Shown: in pieces, positions 17,845 through 27,734 of the stretch
Layout of the letters: each line of letters opens with the position of its first letter
Position numbering within the stretch: the stretch's first letter is position 1
Source of the DNA: Acidobacteriota bacterium
Lineage (GTDB): Bacteria > Acidobacteriota > UBA890 > WLXD01
Assembly: GCA_965248695.1 (NCBI GenBank)
Contig: CBDFKD010000002.1
Span: 800,001-864,000 of the forward strand
Direction: 5' to 3'
DNA length: 64,000 nucleotides
Position numbers and translations under genes: made by a program
Notes under the pieces: generated by a model
Told to the model about the DNA's origin: nothing
What the model saw: the letters and a program-made list of their open reading frames with translations, nothing else
Database searches by the model: none

Positions 17845-18719
17845 CGAAACGGTCTATCGCCCGAGCGGGAAAAAGCGATGTAATCTGCGAGACCAGCCTC
17901 GAGTGAAGCCAGTGGCGAGTATCCGAGCGCTTCTTGGCTCGAAGTCGGATCGACCTCCGATCGAGAAGCTTCCTGCGGATCCGGTCTCTCACCGACAACG
18001 ATCCTGCTTCGGCATCCCGGAACGAGTCGGACGACCATCTTGGCGAGCTCAGACATCGATACCGATGCGCCACCGCCGATTTCGAAGACGCCCGACGCCG
18101 TGGACGCCGCCCCGCGGAGGCAGGCCCGGGCAGCGTCGCATACGTGTACGAAGTTCTGCGTTCGTGAACCTGAACCGTACACATTGAGATCCACGGATGA
18201 GATGGCTGCGTTGACGAACATCGGAAGCACGGTGTCTTGGTGCATCCCTGGTCCGTACGGTGCGGCTAGACGCAGAGACACCACTCGACAGTTCGATGAT
18301 CGTCGCGAGTACTCTCCAAGCAGCTCGGCGGCCAGTTTGCTGATGGCGTATGGATGCCCGGGGGTTGCCACGCTGATGCTCGACATGTTGATGAATACCG
18401 GTACATGCAGCCGGATTGCAGCGTCCAGCAGTATCGCTGAGCCCAGCGTGTTGGCTTGTACGTATTGCTCAGCGCTGTTCTCGGAATGACTCGGTATGAG
18501 TGCCGCCAAATGAAATACGGCGTCGATTTTCTCGATCGAGTCCGGCTCGACGCGCAGCGTATCGGGCAGCAGTAGGTCCCCGAACCTGCAGGTTACTCGA
18601 GGGCTGATCGGTCGGATCTTTCTCCGCGTCAAGCACTCTACTTCCCACCCGGCATCGAGCAACGACTTGACGACGTACCGGCCAATGAAACCGGTGCCGC
18701 CGGTAACGAGTGCGCGCAT
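17826..18719 (-). CDS. NAD-dependent epimerase/dehydratase
   Basis: Start at MRALVTGGTGFIG, HLAA, YAISK, NFVHVCD. Confidence 0.9.
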   Translation of the reverse strand: MRALVTGGTGFIGRYVVKSLLDAGWEVECLTRRKIRPISPRVTCRFGDLLLPDTLRVEPDSIEKIDAVFHLAALIPSHSENSAEQYVQANTLGSAILLDAAIRLHVPVFINMSSISVATPGHPYAISKLAAELLGEYSRRSSNCRVVSLRLAAPYGPGMHQDTVLPMFVNAAISSVDLNVYGSGSRTQNFVHVCDAARACLRGAASTASGVFEIGGGASVSMSELAKMVVRLVPGCRSRIVVGERPDPQEASRSEVDPTSSQEALGYSPLASLEAGLADYIAFSRSGDRPFRWWDGE

Positions 18720-18735
18720 TGACTCCGTAGGGGCT

Positions 18736-19794
18736 CTATGCGGTGGGAACGCTGTTGAGAATTTCGCTAGGCACGATGATGCTGCGAAACGCCCGAACTG
18801 CCGCGACGTTGGAGCGATAGCCAATCCTCCCGAACTTCTCGCCGCCGAGGAAGTTCCTGAGCAGGATATCCGGCTCATTGAAGCCGACGTCCGCACGGAT
18901 CGAGCTCGTGCCGGAGAAGCGCGCGTGGACCTCGAAAACGGCAACGTTGCCCTGAACCAGGCGACATTGGATATTCGCCGGGCCGCGAACTCCGATCTCG
19001 CAAGCGAGCCGCTCGCAGCAGTCCTGTATTTGCCGATGGCGTATCACGACCCCCTGCGAGTAGCCGGTCGAAAGTTCGTACCGCGTGTCCCCAACGACTC
19101 GGGTCGAGCCGAGCGACAGACCGATGAGCTTCCGGTGGAGGACGATCGAGTCGATGACGTCACCCGCTCTCGAAATCAGCACGCCTACGGTGTACTCGTC
19201 GTTCGGAGTTCCGATGTACTCCTGGAACAGGACGTTGCCGGGACGCGAGGTACTGTCGAGATATGTCTCGAGCTCGTCCTCGTCGGTGAGGATGGCGACG
19301 CCGCGCGACCCCCCCGTGTCTTGCGTAGGCTTGACGACAATCGGGAAACCGACCTCGGCGACGAGACCCCGCCAATCGGTAGCGCTTGCAGATCGCGGTG
19401 CGTGGAACCCATTGGAATCGAGCCAGCTCTGGAGCGCCGCTTTGTCGCTGCATAGCCGGATCGTTTCGACTGGGCTACCGATGACGGCGCACCCCATGGA
19501 AGCGAAGACATCTCTGGTCTCCGCCAGCATGAGGTTCTCGACCTCTGTCCCGGGGAGAATCGCGTTGAGCCTCTCACGCTCGATGAGACGCTCGATCGCG
19601 GGCGTGTACGCGGGGTCCGCTGCCGGGGGCACGAGGTATCTGTTCGGTGTCTCGAACAACCCGAAGGAGAACGAGTCCGAATCTGTCGCGACCACGTGAT
19701 ACTTGTCGCCTAGTAGCGAGAGCCCATGCAAAACCTGATTGCCCACAGACCGACCGCCGACGCCCGTCACCATCACCCGCGTCTTGCCGCTCAA
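18736..19794 (-). CDS. ATP-grasp protein (short CPS-large-like)
   Basis: VMVTGVGG, LCSDK, FPIVVKP..GGSRGV, FQEYI, FEVHARFSG. Start inferred at TTG 19794. Confidence 0.85.
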   Translation of the reverse strand: MSGKTRVMVTGVGGRSVGNQVLHGLSLLGDKYHVVATDSDSFSFGLFETPNRYLVPPAADPAYTPAIERLIERERLNAILPGTEVENLMLAETRDVFASMGCAVIGSPVETIRLCSDKAALQSWLDSNGFHAPRSASATDWRGLVAEVGFPIVVKPTQDTGGSRGVAILTDEDELETYLDSTSRPGNVLFQEYIGTPNDEYTVGVLISRAGDVIDSIVLHRKLIGLSLGSTRVVGDTRYELSTGYSQGVVIRHRQIQDCCERLACEIGVRGPANIQCRLVQGNVAVFEVHARFSGTSSIRADVGFNEPDILLRNFLGGEKFGRIGYRSNVAAVRAFRSIIVPSEILNSVPTA

Positions 19795-20070
19795 TAGGCT
19801 CCGCCGCGTTGTCGCCGGGTTGGGCGCTGATGTGGCTCGAAGCGACCTGGTGACCGTGCTTGGTCGCGAACTCCAGCGTAATGGTACTGGAGTAGCCTGT
19901 TTCGGTGGACCGTTGAACGCCCGGACCAGCGCGACGTCAAGTTTCCTTCGGACGCACCGCGCGTTCCACGCCGGGGAGGTCAGCGAAGGGCGACAGCATG
20001 CTATCGTCGCACGCCAACACGGTCGAACCCTCGCTGCCGTCGCCGACCCAAACAGCTTCGGTCCTAGAAC

Positions 20071-21630
20071 ATGAGTCGGAGTCCCTCTTCGAATCGGATG
20101 CTCTTCACAGCATCCTTTATTGCCCTCGTCACGACCGCCTTCGCGTTCATGCTGCGCATCAATCTGATGGGTGTGTGGGAGAGTGCCTACGCTCTCGACA
20201 AGACGCAGGTAGGGACGATCTTCGGAGCCGGCTTCTGGCCCTTCGGCGCCAGCATCATCCTCTTCAGCCTGATCATCGACAGGGTGGGCTACGGCAAGGC
20301 GATGGCGTTCGCGTTCGCCTGCCACGTGCTCTTCGCGGTGCTGACGATCACCGCCACCGGCTACCAGATGCTGTACTGGGCCAGCGTCATCGGCGCTCTC
20401 GGTAACGGTGCTGTCGAGGCGGTGATCAATCCCCTGATCGCCACCGTGTACGCCAAGGACAAGACGAAGTGGCTCAACATCCTGCACGCTGGATGGCCGG
20501 GCGGGCTGGTGATCACGGGGATCGTGGTTCTGAGCGTCGGCGACGCGGTGCCGTGGCAGTGGCAGATCGCGATGATCCTCATTCCGACGTTCATCTATGG
20601 CGCGATGATGCTGCGGATGGAGTTTCCGGTGAGTGAACGGGTGGCGGCCGGCGTCTCGTATCGCGACATGCTGGCCGAGGTAGGCTGGGGAGGCGCGTTC
20701 GTTGCCTTCCTGCTCATCGTGATGGAGCTGACGACCAACGTTCTGGGCATCGAAGCCCTGATGAGTCTCGGCGCCCAGGTAGCGATTGCCGCCGCGATGG
20801 CAGCGGCATACGGCTTCTACGCCCGCTCGTTCGGCCGACCGTTGTTCGTCTTCATGCTGGTGCTCATGCTCTTCCTCGCCACCACCGAGCTCGGCACCGA
20901 CAGCTGGGTCAAGGATCTGCTCGGGCCGGCGATCGGCAGCACGCTCGGCATCGATGCGGGCTGGGTGCTGGTCTACACCGCCCTGATCATGATGGTGCTG
21001 CGCTTCCGGTGCGGTCCGCTGGTGCAGCGCCTGCAGCCGCTCGGAGTCCTGGCGATTAGCGCCGCGCTGGTGGCGGCGGGCATCTTCTGGCTGTCGGTAC
21101 TTGGCGGCGACCCTGACACGACCGCCCTGGTGGTCATCATTGCGGCAACCGTCTACGGGGTCGGACAGACTTTCTTCTGGCCGACCACCCTGGGCTTCGT
21201 CTCGGAACAGTTTCCCCGCGGCGGCGCTATGACCCTCAACGTTATCGCCGGCGCCGGCATGCTCGGCGTGGGTGTTCTCGGTAACGTTTGGCTGGGTAAT
21301 CTCCAGGACACCAACGTTGTCGACGCCCTGGAAGCGAGTCGTCCGGAGCTCGTCGCTCGTTACGTAGAGGATCGCCCACCGAGCATCTTCGGCGACTATC
21401 GCGCCCTCACCGATGAGGCCGTGGCTCTGCGGGACGCCGGTGTGGCCCCAGATGCCGACGTGCTGGCATCGGTTACCAACGAGGGGAAGATGACGGCCCT
21501 GCGCAAGGTCGTGATCCTGCCGGTCATCATGTTGGTGGCCTACCTGGGGCTCTTGCTCTTGTTCCGCGCCAGGGGCGGCTATCGCCCCGTCGAGTTCGAC
21601 CGTCTCGCAACGGACTCTGACTCCCCGTAG
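20071..21630 (+). CDS. MFS transporter (sugar/fucose permease-like)
   Basis: 12+ TM helices, DRVGYG, GNGAVEAVINP, LHAGWPGG, FFWPTTLG. Confidence 0.9.
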   Translation: MSRSPSSNRMLFTASFIALVTTAFAFMLRINLMGVWESAYALDKTQVGTIFGAGFWPFGASIILFSLIIDRVGYGKAMAFAFACHVLFAVLTITATGYQMLYWASVIGALGNGAVEAVINPLIATVYAKDKTKWLNILHAGWPGGLVITGIVVLSVGDAVPWQWQIAMILIPTFIYGAMMLRMEFPVSERVAAGVSYRDMLAEVGWGGAFVAFLLIVMELTTNVLGIEALMSLGAQVAIAAAMAAAYGFYARSFGRPLFVFMLVLMLFLATTELGTDSWVKDLLGPAIGSTLGIDAGWVLVYTALIMMVLRFRCGPLVQRLQPLGVLAISAALVAAGIFWLSVLGGDPDTTALVVIIAATVYGVGQTFFWPTTLGFVSEQFPRGGAMTLNVIAGAGMLGVGVLGNVWLGNLQDTNVVDALEASRPELVARYVEDRPPSIFGDYRALTDEAVALRDAGVAPDADVLASVTNEGKMTALRKVVILPVIMLVAYLGLLLLFRARGGYRPVEFDRLATDSDSP

Positions 21631-21669
21631 CCATTCCACACTTCCACCATGGCCTGCTAGCCCAGACTC

Positions 21670-23174
21670 ATGCGCGAAGCTGACGAGGCCCTGCTGCTCG
21701 GTCTCGACCTCGGCACCGGGGGAGCGCGGGCGGTAATCGCGAGTGCCGCGGGCGACGTCGTGGCGACGAGCGCGGCGGAACTGGAGCCGGATGCCGCTTC
21801 GGGCCATCCTGCCCCGAGTCGCCCGGTTGGCACGAGCAGCGGCCGGAGCTCTGGTGGGATGCCGCCCGGCGGGCGATCCGCGGCGTCATGGAGGAGGCCG
21901 AGGGTGCCACCGATGTAACCCGGAGGCTGCGCGCCATGTGCGTCGACGGTACGTCGGGAACCGTGGTCGGAATCGACCGTGACGGCAACTCCACGACGCC
22001 CGCGCTGATGTACAACGATGCGCGCGCCGCCGACGAGGCGCTCGAGCTCGACGCGGTAGCGCTCGGTTCCGACCAGGCTGCCGCACCGCGTATCAGCGCG
22101 ACCTTCGGCATCGCCAAGATGCTCTGGCTAGCACGGAACCGGCCGCGGGAGCTCGCCGCCACCCACGTCTTCGCGCACCAGGCCGATTTCGTAGTCGCTC
22201 GTCTGACCGGACAGGTCGGTACGACCGACACCAGCAACGCGCTCAAGTCCGGTTTCGATCTCCACACAGCGTCGTGGGCCAGCTGGATCGACGCGTACCC
22301 GGAGCTGCGTGGCCGGTTACCCCGGGTGGTCGCGCCGGGTACCCGGCTCGGTCGCGTGTCCGAAGCCGCCGCTGCCGCGCTCGGGCTCCCCACCGGCGTC
22401 CGTGTGGTGGCGGGGGTCACCGACGGTACCGCCGCCTTCCTGGCCTCCGGCGCGAGTCGGGTCGGAGACAGCAACACGACGCTGGGCACGACGCTCGTGT
22501 TCAAGCGCATCGCCGATCACCACGTAGCGGATCCGGAGGGCCTGGTCTATTGCCACCGGCTACCCGGCGGCGTCTGGCTGCCCGGGGCAGCCAGCAATGT
22601 GGGCGGAGATTGGATTCGGAAGGATTTCGCCGACGCCGACCTCGGGCAGCTCGACGATGCAGCGGTTGCATGGCTCCCGTCGGAGCAGCTCGCCTACCCG
22701 TTACGTGGAAGCGGCGAGCGATTCCCGTTCAGGTGTGCCGACGCTGTGGGCTTCATCGAACCGGCGGCCGCCGGGCGGGCTGCATGCTACGCGGCGAACC
22801 TACAGGGCACTGCCCTCGTCGAGCGTCTCGGCTACGAGACGCTCGATCGGGTTGCGGACGGCGGTGGAGCTGTCGCGGCGGGGCCTGTCTACGCCACCGG
22901 TGGCGGCAGTCGCAGCGACGTCTGGATGCAGCTTCGCGCCGATGCGTGCGGTCGTACCTATCACCGGCCAAGGTGCCCTGAATCGGCTTTTGGCTGCGCG
23001 ATCGTGGCCGCCGCGGGTACGATTCACCACAACTTGTGGGACGCGAGCCGAGCCATGACTAGAATCGTCGCGACGTTTCGACCTGACCCGTCTCGTCATG
23101 CAGCGTACGAGGAGCTCTATGAGCGATTCCTGCGGCTGCTTGAACGGCGTGGCTTTCTCGACCGGTGGCACTGA
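21670..23174 (+). CDS. FGGY family carbohydrate kinase, frameshifted near 21810
   Basis: N-terminal LGLDLGTGGARA in one frame; GWHEQRPELWW, DGTSGT, TDG, GGGSRS in another. Confidence 0.85.
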
Positions 23175-23863
23175 TGACCCAGATTGTGACCGAGTTAGTA
23201 GCAGCGGCCCGAGAGCTCGTGACGTCGGGCCTGGTGACAGGCGCCGGCGGCAATGTCAGCGTACGGCAACACGATCGGATGTGGATCTCGCCGAGCGGAT
23301 TCTCGCTCCAGGACGCCGGCGAGGAACACTATCCGTGCATCTCGGTGGCCACCGGTGAGATCGTCTCGGGCGCCCAGCGCCCCTCGTCGGAAGTGCTCAT
23401 GCACCTGTACATCTATCGGGCGCGCGCGGACGTGAATGCAGTGATTCACGCCCATCCGAAGATGACGATTGCCCTCTGTTCTGCAGGTCACGATCTACGC
23501 GCGATGTTCGCCGACTACTACGTGTACCTGGGCCCGAACGTTCCGCACGTTCCCTATGTCACCGTGACTACGCCGGAGCTGGCGCGGGTCGTCGAGCGCG
23601 AGGTCGAAGCTCCGTCCTGTCACGGCATGGTGCTACGGAATCACGGGACGATCACCGTCGGCGCGTCGGTCAAGGAGGCTGCTTTTCGCGCCTATGCGAT
23701 GGAAGAACAGGCGTTCATCCAGTGGCACGCCCTACAGGTCGGTGAGCCTACCTATCTGACCGACGAGGAGTGCGCCAAGCTCGATTCACTCGACAGCGAG
23801 GAATACCGACGACGGCTCCTGGGGGAGATGAAGTCGACGCGCACGACCCTGACCCCATCCTGA
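23174..23863 (+). CDS. Class II aldolase/adducin family protein
   Basis: GGNVSVR, PSSE..MH, HAH, LRNHG; TGATG overlap with the kinase. Confidence 0.9.
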   Translation: MTQIVTELVAAARELVTSGLVTGAGGNVSVRQHDRMWISPSGFSLQDAGEEHYPCISVATGEIVSGAQRPSSEVLMHLYIYRARADVNAVIHAHPKMTIALCSAGHDLRAMFADYYVYLGPNVPHVPYVTVTTPELARVVEREVEAPSCHGMVLRNHGTITVGASVKEAAFRAYAMEEQAFIQWHALQVGEPTYLTDEECAKLDSLDSEEYRRRLLGEMKSTRTTLTPS

Positions 23864-23886
23864 GGCGACGGAGCCCCGTCGATCAA

Positions 23887-24630
23887 ATGTTCCGCGCGCT
23901 GCTGTTCGATCTCGACGACACGCTCTACGGGTTCGCTCCATGTGATGAAGTGGGGTTGGTCGCCGCACATACTGTCCTTGCCCGCCACTTTGACATCGGG
24001 GCACCAGATTTTCGCGCCCTCCATGACCGGGTACGGCGCGATGTTGCGGAGCGGCTCAGCGGTCAGGCGGCGTCGCACAGCCGCACCCTTTTCTTCAAGT
24101 CGATGCTCGAAGAGCTCACCGGCGGCTGCCGCGGCGATCTCGCGGTGCGAATGACAGATGGCTACTGGGACGCCTTCTTGGACCACATGACACCGGGTCC
24201 ACATACCCACGATGTGCTCGCCAGGCTCGGGGCAACCTGCGAGCTGGCCCTGGTGACCAACCAGACCGCCGACGTTCAGCTCAGGAAGATCCGTAAGCTC
24301 GGGTTAGAGCCCTACTTCGCGGTGGTGGTTACCAGTGAGGAGTGCGGCATCGAGAAACCGGACGCACGCGTGTTTCAACGAGCCCTGACGGCGCTGGGTG
24401 TTGCGGCCGAGGAAGCGGTCATGGTCGGCGACGATCCTGAGCGCGACATCCGCGGCGCCTCGGAGCTCGGCCTGTACACCGTCCAGACGACGGAGTTCGC
24501 CTCCACCTGTGTAGGAGGCCATGAGGTTCCGCCGACTGCCGGCGTGGACGGTGTGTCGGGGTCGGCGGCGGCCGACGTCGTCGTGGGGGCGTTGCACGAG
24601 CTCCCGGACGCGCTGGCGGTGCTGCGCTGA
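23887..24630 (+). CDS. HAD family hydrolase
   Basis: FDLDDTL, TN, EKPD, MVGDD..RDI. Confidence 0.9.
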   Translation: MFRALLFDLDDTLYGFAPCDEVGLVAAHTVLARHFDIGAPDFRALHDRVRRDVAERLSGQAASHSRTLFFKSMLEELTGGCRGDLAVRMTDGYWDAFLDHMTPGPHTHDVLARLGATCELALVTNQTADVQLRKIRKLGLEPYFAVVVTSEECGIEKPDARVFQRALTALGVAAEEAVMVGDDPERDIRGASELGLYTVQTTEFASTCVGGHEVPPTAGVDGVSGSAAADVVVGALHELPDALAVLR

Positions 24631-24639
24631 CCGCTTCGC

Positions 24640-25860
24640 TCAGCTCTCGATGAGCGCAATGAGCCGGTCGACGGCCTCCTTCACGAAGGCCGGGTCTTCA
24701 GCATGCAGGTCCCTCTCGAGCAGCTCGATGTTGTCCGGCAGGCCTGACTTGATCTCGGCCAGGAACGCCGCGTCGCCCTCGGGGTCGTGCAGCTCGGCGC
24801 CTTCGACCCCGTACCGGCTCGTGCCGCGGTTGGGCATCATGAAGTAGGCCTTGTCTGTCGTGTGCGAGAGGCGTCTGTTGACCTCCCTGGCGACCTCGAC
24901 CATCTCGGAAGCCTTGAGTCGGATAGCCAGGATGATGGGGTTGTGGAAGGCGACGTCGTAGCCTTCGTAGCGCGCCGGAATCGTGTTGGGCTCGGTCAGC
25001 AGACCGATGTGTTCCAAGCCCCCCGGGCAGATCACCTGCGGCAATCCCAGCTTCCCGGCTACCGTCAGCCGCTCCGGGCCGGCGGCGCGCAGACCGTCGT
25101 ACATCTCGTCCGGAATCTCGCCTAGGCCGTAATCGAAGACGGCGCCGATGAGACCGTCCTTCATCATCTGCTCCATCGCCCGCCCGCCGGAGCCGACGGC
25201 GTGGAAGACGATCACCTCATAGCCGGCGTCGTGGAAGTACTGGACGGCAAGCATGGCTCCATCCGTGAGCACGCCCAGGTTCGTCATGCCGATGAGCGGC
25301 TTGGCGCCCGGGGCGATGTCGAGCTTGACCTCCGAACAGGCCATGCCATGCACGGCCGCAGCGGCGTTGGCGAGGATCTTCCTGGTGACCGGGTTGAGCC
25401 CCAGGATGTCGCCGACGCTGAACATCATCGTGATGTCCTTGATGCCCACGAACGCCGAGGTGTCGCCGGAGGCCGCCGTCGACACCATCACCTTGGGGAA
25501 GCCGTACGGCAGTCCCTGCATGACGTCGGCGCAGTTCGAGGTGCCCTGGGTGCCGCCGAGGCCGACAACACCATCGACCGTTCCCTGTGCGATGGCATCC
25601 AACACCAGGCGCATGGCGCCGGCGATCATCACCGGCGAGGCCGCTTGCCGTGTGGGAGCCTCGAGGATCTCCTGCAGCGACGTTCCGCCGGCTGCCGCGA
25701 CCTCCGCCCGTGATACGTGCGGTTCGGTGGTCGGATCTCCCACCACGCCGATATCCACCAGCATCGTTGCGCTGCCCAGCGACTCGATCTGGTCGGCCAG
25801 GAAACGAGCCTCGGGTCCCTTGGTGTCGAGGGTGGCCAGCACCGCGATGGTCGTGGTCAT
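24640..25860 (-). CDS. Tm-1-like ATP-binding domain protein (UPF0261)
   Basis: ATLDTKG, GGTQGT, LPYGFPKVMVST, SVGDILGLN, FHAVGSGGRAME. Confidence 0.9.
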   Translation of the reverse strand: MTTTIAVLATLDTKGPEARFLADQIESLGSATMLVDIGVVGDPTTEPHVSRAEVAAAGGTSLQEILEAPTRQAASPVMIAGAMRLVLDAIAQGTVDGVVGLGGTQGTSNCADVMQGLPYGFPKVMVSTAASGDTSAFVGIKDITMMFSVGDILGLNPVTRKILANAAAAVHGMACSEVKLDIAPGAKPLIGMTNLGVLTDGAMLAVQYFHDAGYEVIVFHAVGSGGRAMEQMMKDGLIGAVFDYGLGEIPDEMYDGLRAAGPERLTVAGKLGLPQVICPGGLEHIGLLTEPNTIPARYEGYDVAFHNPIILAIRLKASEMVEVAREVNRRLSHTTDKAYFMMPNRGTSRYGVEGAELHDPEGDAAFLAEIKSGLPDNIELLERDLHAEDPAFVKEAVDRLIALIES

Positions 25861-25869
25861 GTCACGGGC

Positions 25870-26727
25870 TCAAGCGTTGAAGGCCAGCTGGCGGAACTCG
25901 GCCGCGGTGGCCAGCACGGCGCGCTCGATGGGCAGACGCTCGGTCGACGAGCCGGTCCAGAACCCGTGCCCAGTGGTGTGGTCGAGCATGTATTGCGCGT
26001 CCTCCGGGTTTTCCATGGCAGCGCCGTGCGCGATCAGGATGGTCTCCGGATTGATCTCGCGGACCCTGGCGTACACTTCCTCGGTGCGCTCCGCGGTGAC
26101 GTCGATCGTCTCGCCGGAGTCGTAGCCGCGGATGCCGCCCTTGGTCGTTCCGGCGTGGAAGCAGAAGACATCCGGCGCGGCCGCCTCGATCATGCGGACG
26201 CTATCTTCCATGTCGAAGGCGAGACCGACGCTCACCATGTCCATCTCTCGGGTCAGCTTGAGCATGTCGATCTCTACCTGAAAGGTGATGCCGCTCTGCC
26301 GCAGCACGTTGCGTAGGTTGGAGTCCTTGTCGACGTAGCTTACCGACGGGCCGATGTTGGAGGCGCTCTCGACGCCCATGTTCTTGAGGTCCTGCAGCAC
26401 CGTGCGCATGTCGCGCAGCGGATCGTTCGGGTTGAGACAGGCGCAGATAAAAGCGTCGCCCTTGATCGCCGGCAGGATGTCCTGCCGGGTGTAGTCGAGC
26501 GTCTGCTTGTTGGAGTCGATGTTGGGCCACATCATCGACATCGTTCCCCAACCGTTGGACCGCAGGCGCGCGCCACAGAACGTATTGATGCAATCGACGC
26601 CGGCCTGCTCGAGCAACTTGGCCACCAGCCCACTACCGGCGCTCGAGATCATGATCGGTGTGCGTGCGTCGAGCTTCTTCTGCAGCTTCTGGAGGATTTC
26701 CTGGCGCGAAGTACGAGGCGAGATCAT
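25870..26727 (-). CDS. PEP hydrolase-like / TIM-barrel signal transduction family protein
   Basis: SAGSGLVAK, HAGTTKGG, AHG, GFWTGSSTERLP; usual partner of UPF0261. Confidence 0.85.
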   Translation of the reverse strand: MISPRTSRQEILQKLQKKLDARTPIMISSAGSGLVAKLLEQAGVDCINTFCGARLRSNGWGTMSMMWPNIDSNKQTLDYTRQDILPAIKGDAFICACLNPNDPLRDMRTVLQDLKNMGVESASNIGPSVSYVDKDSNLRNVLRQSGITFQVEIDMLKLTREMDMVSVGLAFDMEDSVRMIEAAAPDVFCFHAGTTKGGIRGYDSGETIDVTAERTEEVYARVREINPETILIAHGAAMENPEDAQYMLDHTTGHGFWTGSSTERLPIERAVLATAAEFRQLAFNA

Positions 26728-26818
26728 GTCGGGTCCCTTTCGTCGTCGGTGGGTACGGCTGGAGCTTTGCGAGAGTATTCGATCACGTGTCAGATGCAAC
26801 GCGCTGGCTGCCGATGGC

Positions 26819-27004
26819 TCAGATCCGTAGGATCCGCGCCCACGATGGCCAGAGAGGCGTTGGGGCGCTCCGACCACGGGCGTCTTTGTCGGAGGTCACG
26901 CCGTGGCCGATGACGACGATGTCGCTCGCGTGCGCGGCCCCGGGAGTGAAGGAGAAGGCCAACCGCTTGCCCTGTGTATTCTCGATCCGCTGCGGGATAT
27001 TCAT
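26819..27004 (-). pseudogene. N-terminal remnant of an alpha/beta hydrolase
   Basis: IENTQGKRLAFSFTPG...IVVIGHGVTSDKD, then the sequence degenerates. Confidence 0.55.
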
Positions 27005-27107
27005 GATTGACGGCATGCTATCGTCCGCCGATATGGAGGACGCTGGCGACGAGACGCACGCTCAGGACGATGCGAGCAGGCGCAACCGGCTTTCGGGAGA
27101 GGGAGTC

Positions 27108-27710
27108 ATGGCAGAGGCCGCACGCAGGATCAGGAAGCTCGAGGATCTGACCGAGGCGGATATCCAGCGCATGGACGAGCTTTCGGAGCAGATGCGCCCC
27201 CCGCCGGGGGAGATCTTGCTCGAGCTGCTCAGGCAGATGGAAACGGCGGGGACCGGCGAGTACACCGAGCTCGACATGGTGACGGTGTACGAGCACAGCC
27301 TGCAGGCGGCAACTCGAGCCCATCATGCCGGCGAGGACGAGGAGATGATCGTCGTCGCGCTGCTGCACGACGTTGCCGACCAGCTATCGCCCTACAATCA
27401 CGATGATGTCGGTGCCGAGATCCTGCGCCCGTATGTCTCCGACAATCACTATTGGATGCTCAAGCACCACGGCATCTTCCAGCTGTTCCACATTCGCAAG
27501 GGCACGGACCAGGATCGCAACGCACGTGATGAGTATCGCGATCATCCGGCCTACAAGCAGACGGTGCGGTTCTGTGCCAAGTACGACCAGACCGCGTTCG
27601 ATCCCGATTACGAATCGCTGCCGCTGAGCTTTTTCGAGCCCATGGTGATGCGGGTGATCAATCCAGAGCGCGCCCGGGCATTCGAGTCGTCGCGGTTCGG
27701 TGACGCCTGA
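27108..27710 (+). CDS. HD-domain protein (PhnZ/TmpB-like)
   Basis: EHSLQAAT, ALLHD, NH, HH, YDQTAFDP. Confidence 0.8.
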   Translation: MAEAARRIRKLEDLTEADIQRMDELSEQMRPPPGEILLELLRQMETAGTGEYTELDMVTVYEHSLQAATRAHHAGEDEEMIVVALLHDVADQLSPYNHDDVGAEILRPYVSDNHYWMLKHHGIFQLFHIRKGTDQDRNARDEYRDHPAYKQTVRFCAKYDQTAFDPDYESLPLSFFEPMVMRVINPERARAFESSRFGDA

Positions 27711-27734
27711 GGATTTTCATCTTGCCTATCGCCG

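Noticed and set aside
18736-21807. 1023-aa ORF suggesting a giant ATP-grasp fusion
   Set aside because: The first ~670 aa are the antisense shadow of the MFS gene; only 18736-19794 looks like a real protein.
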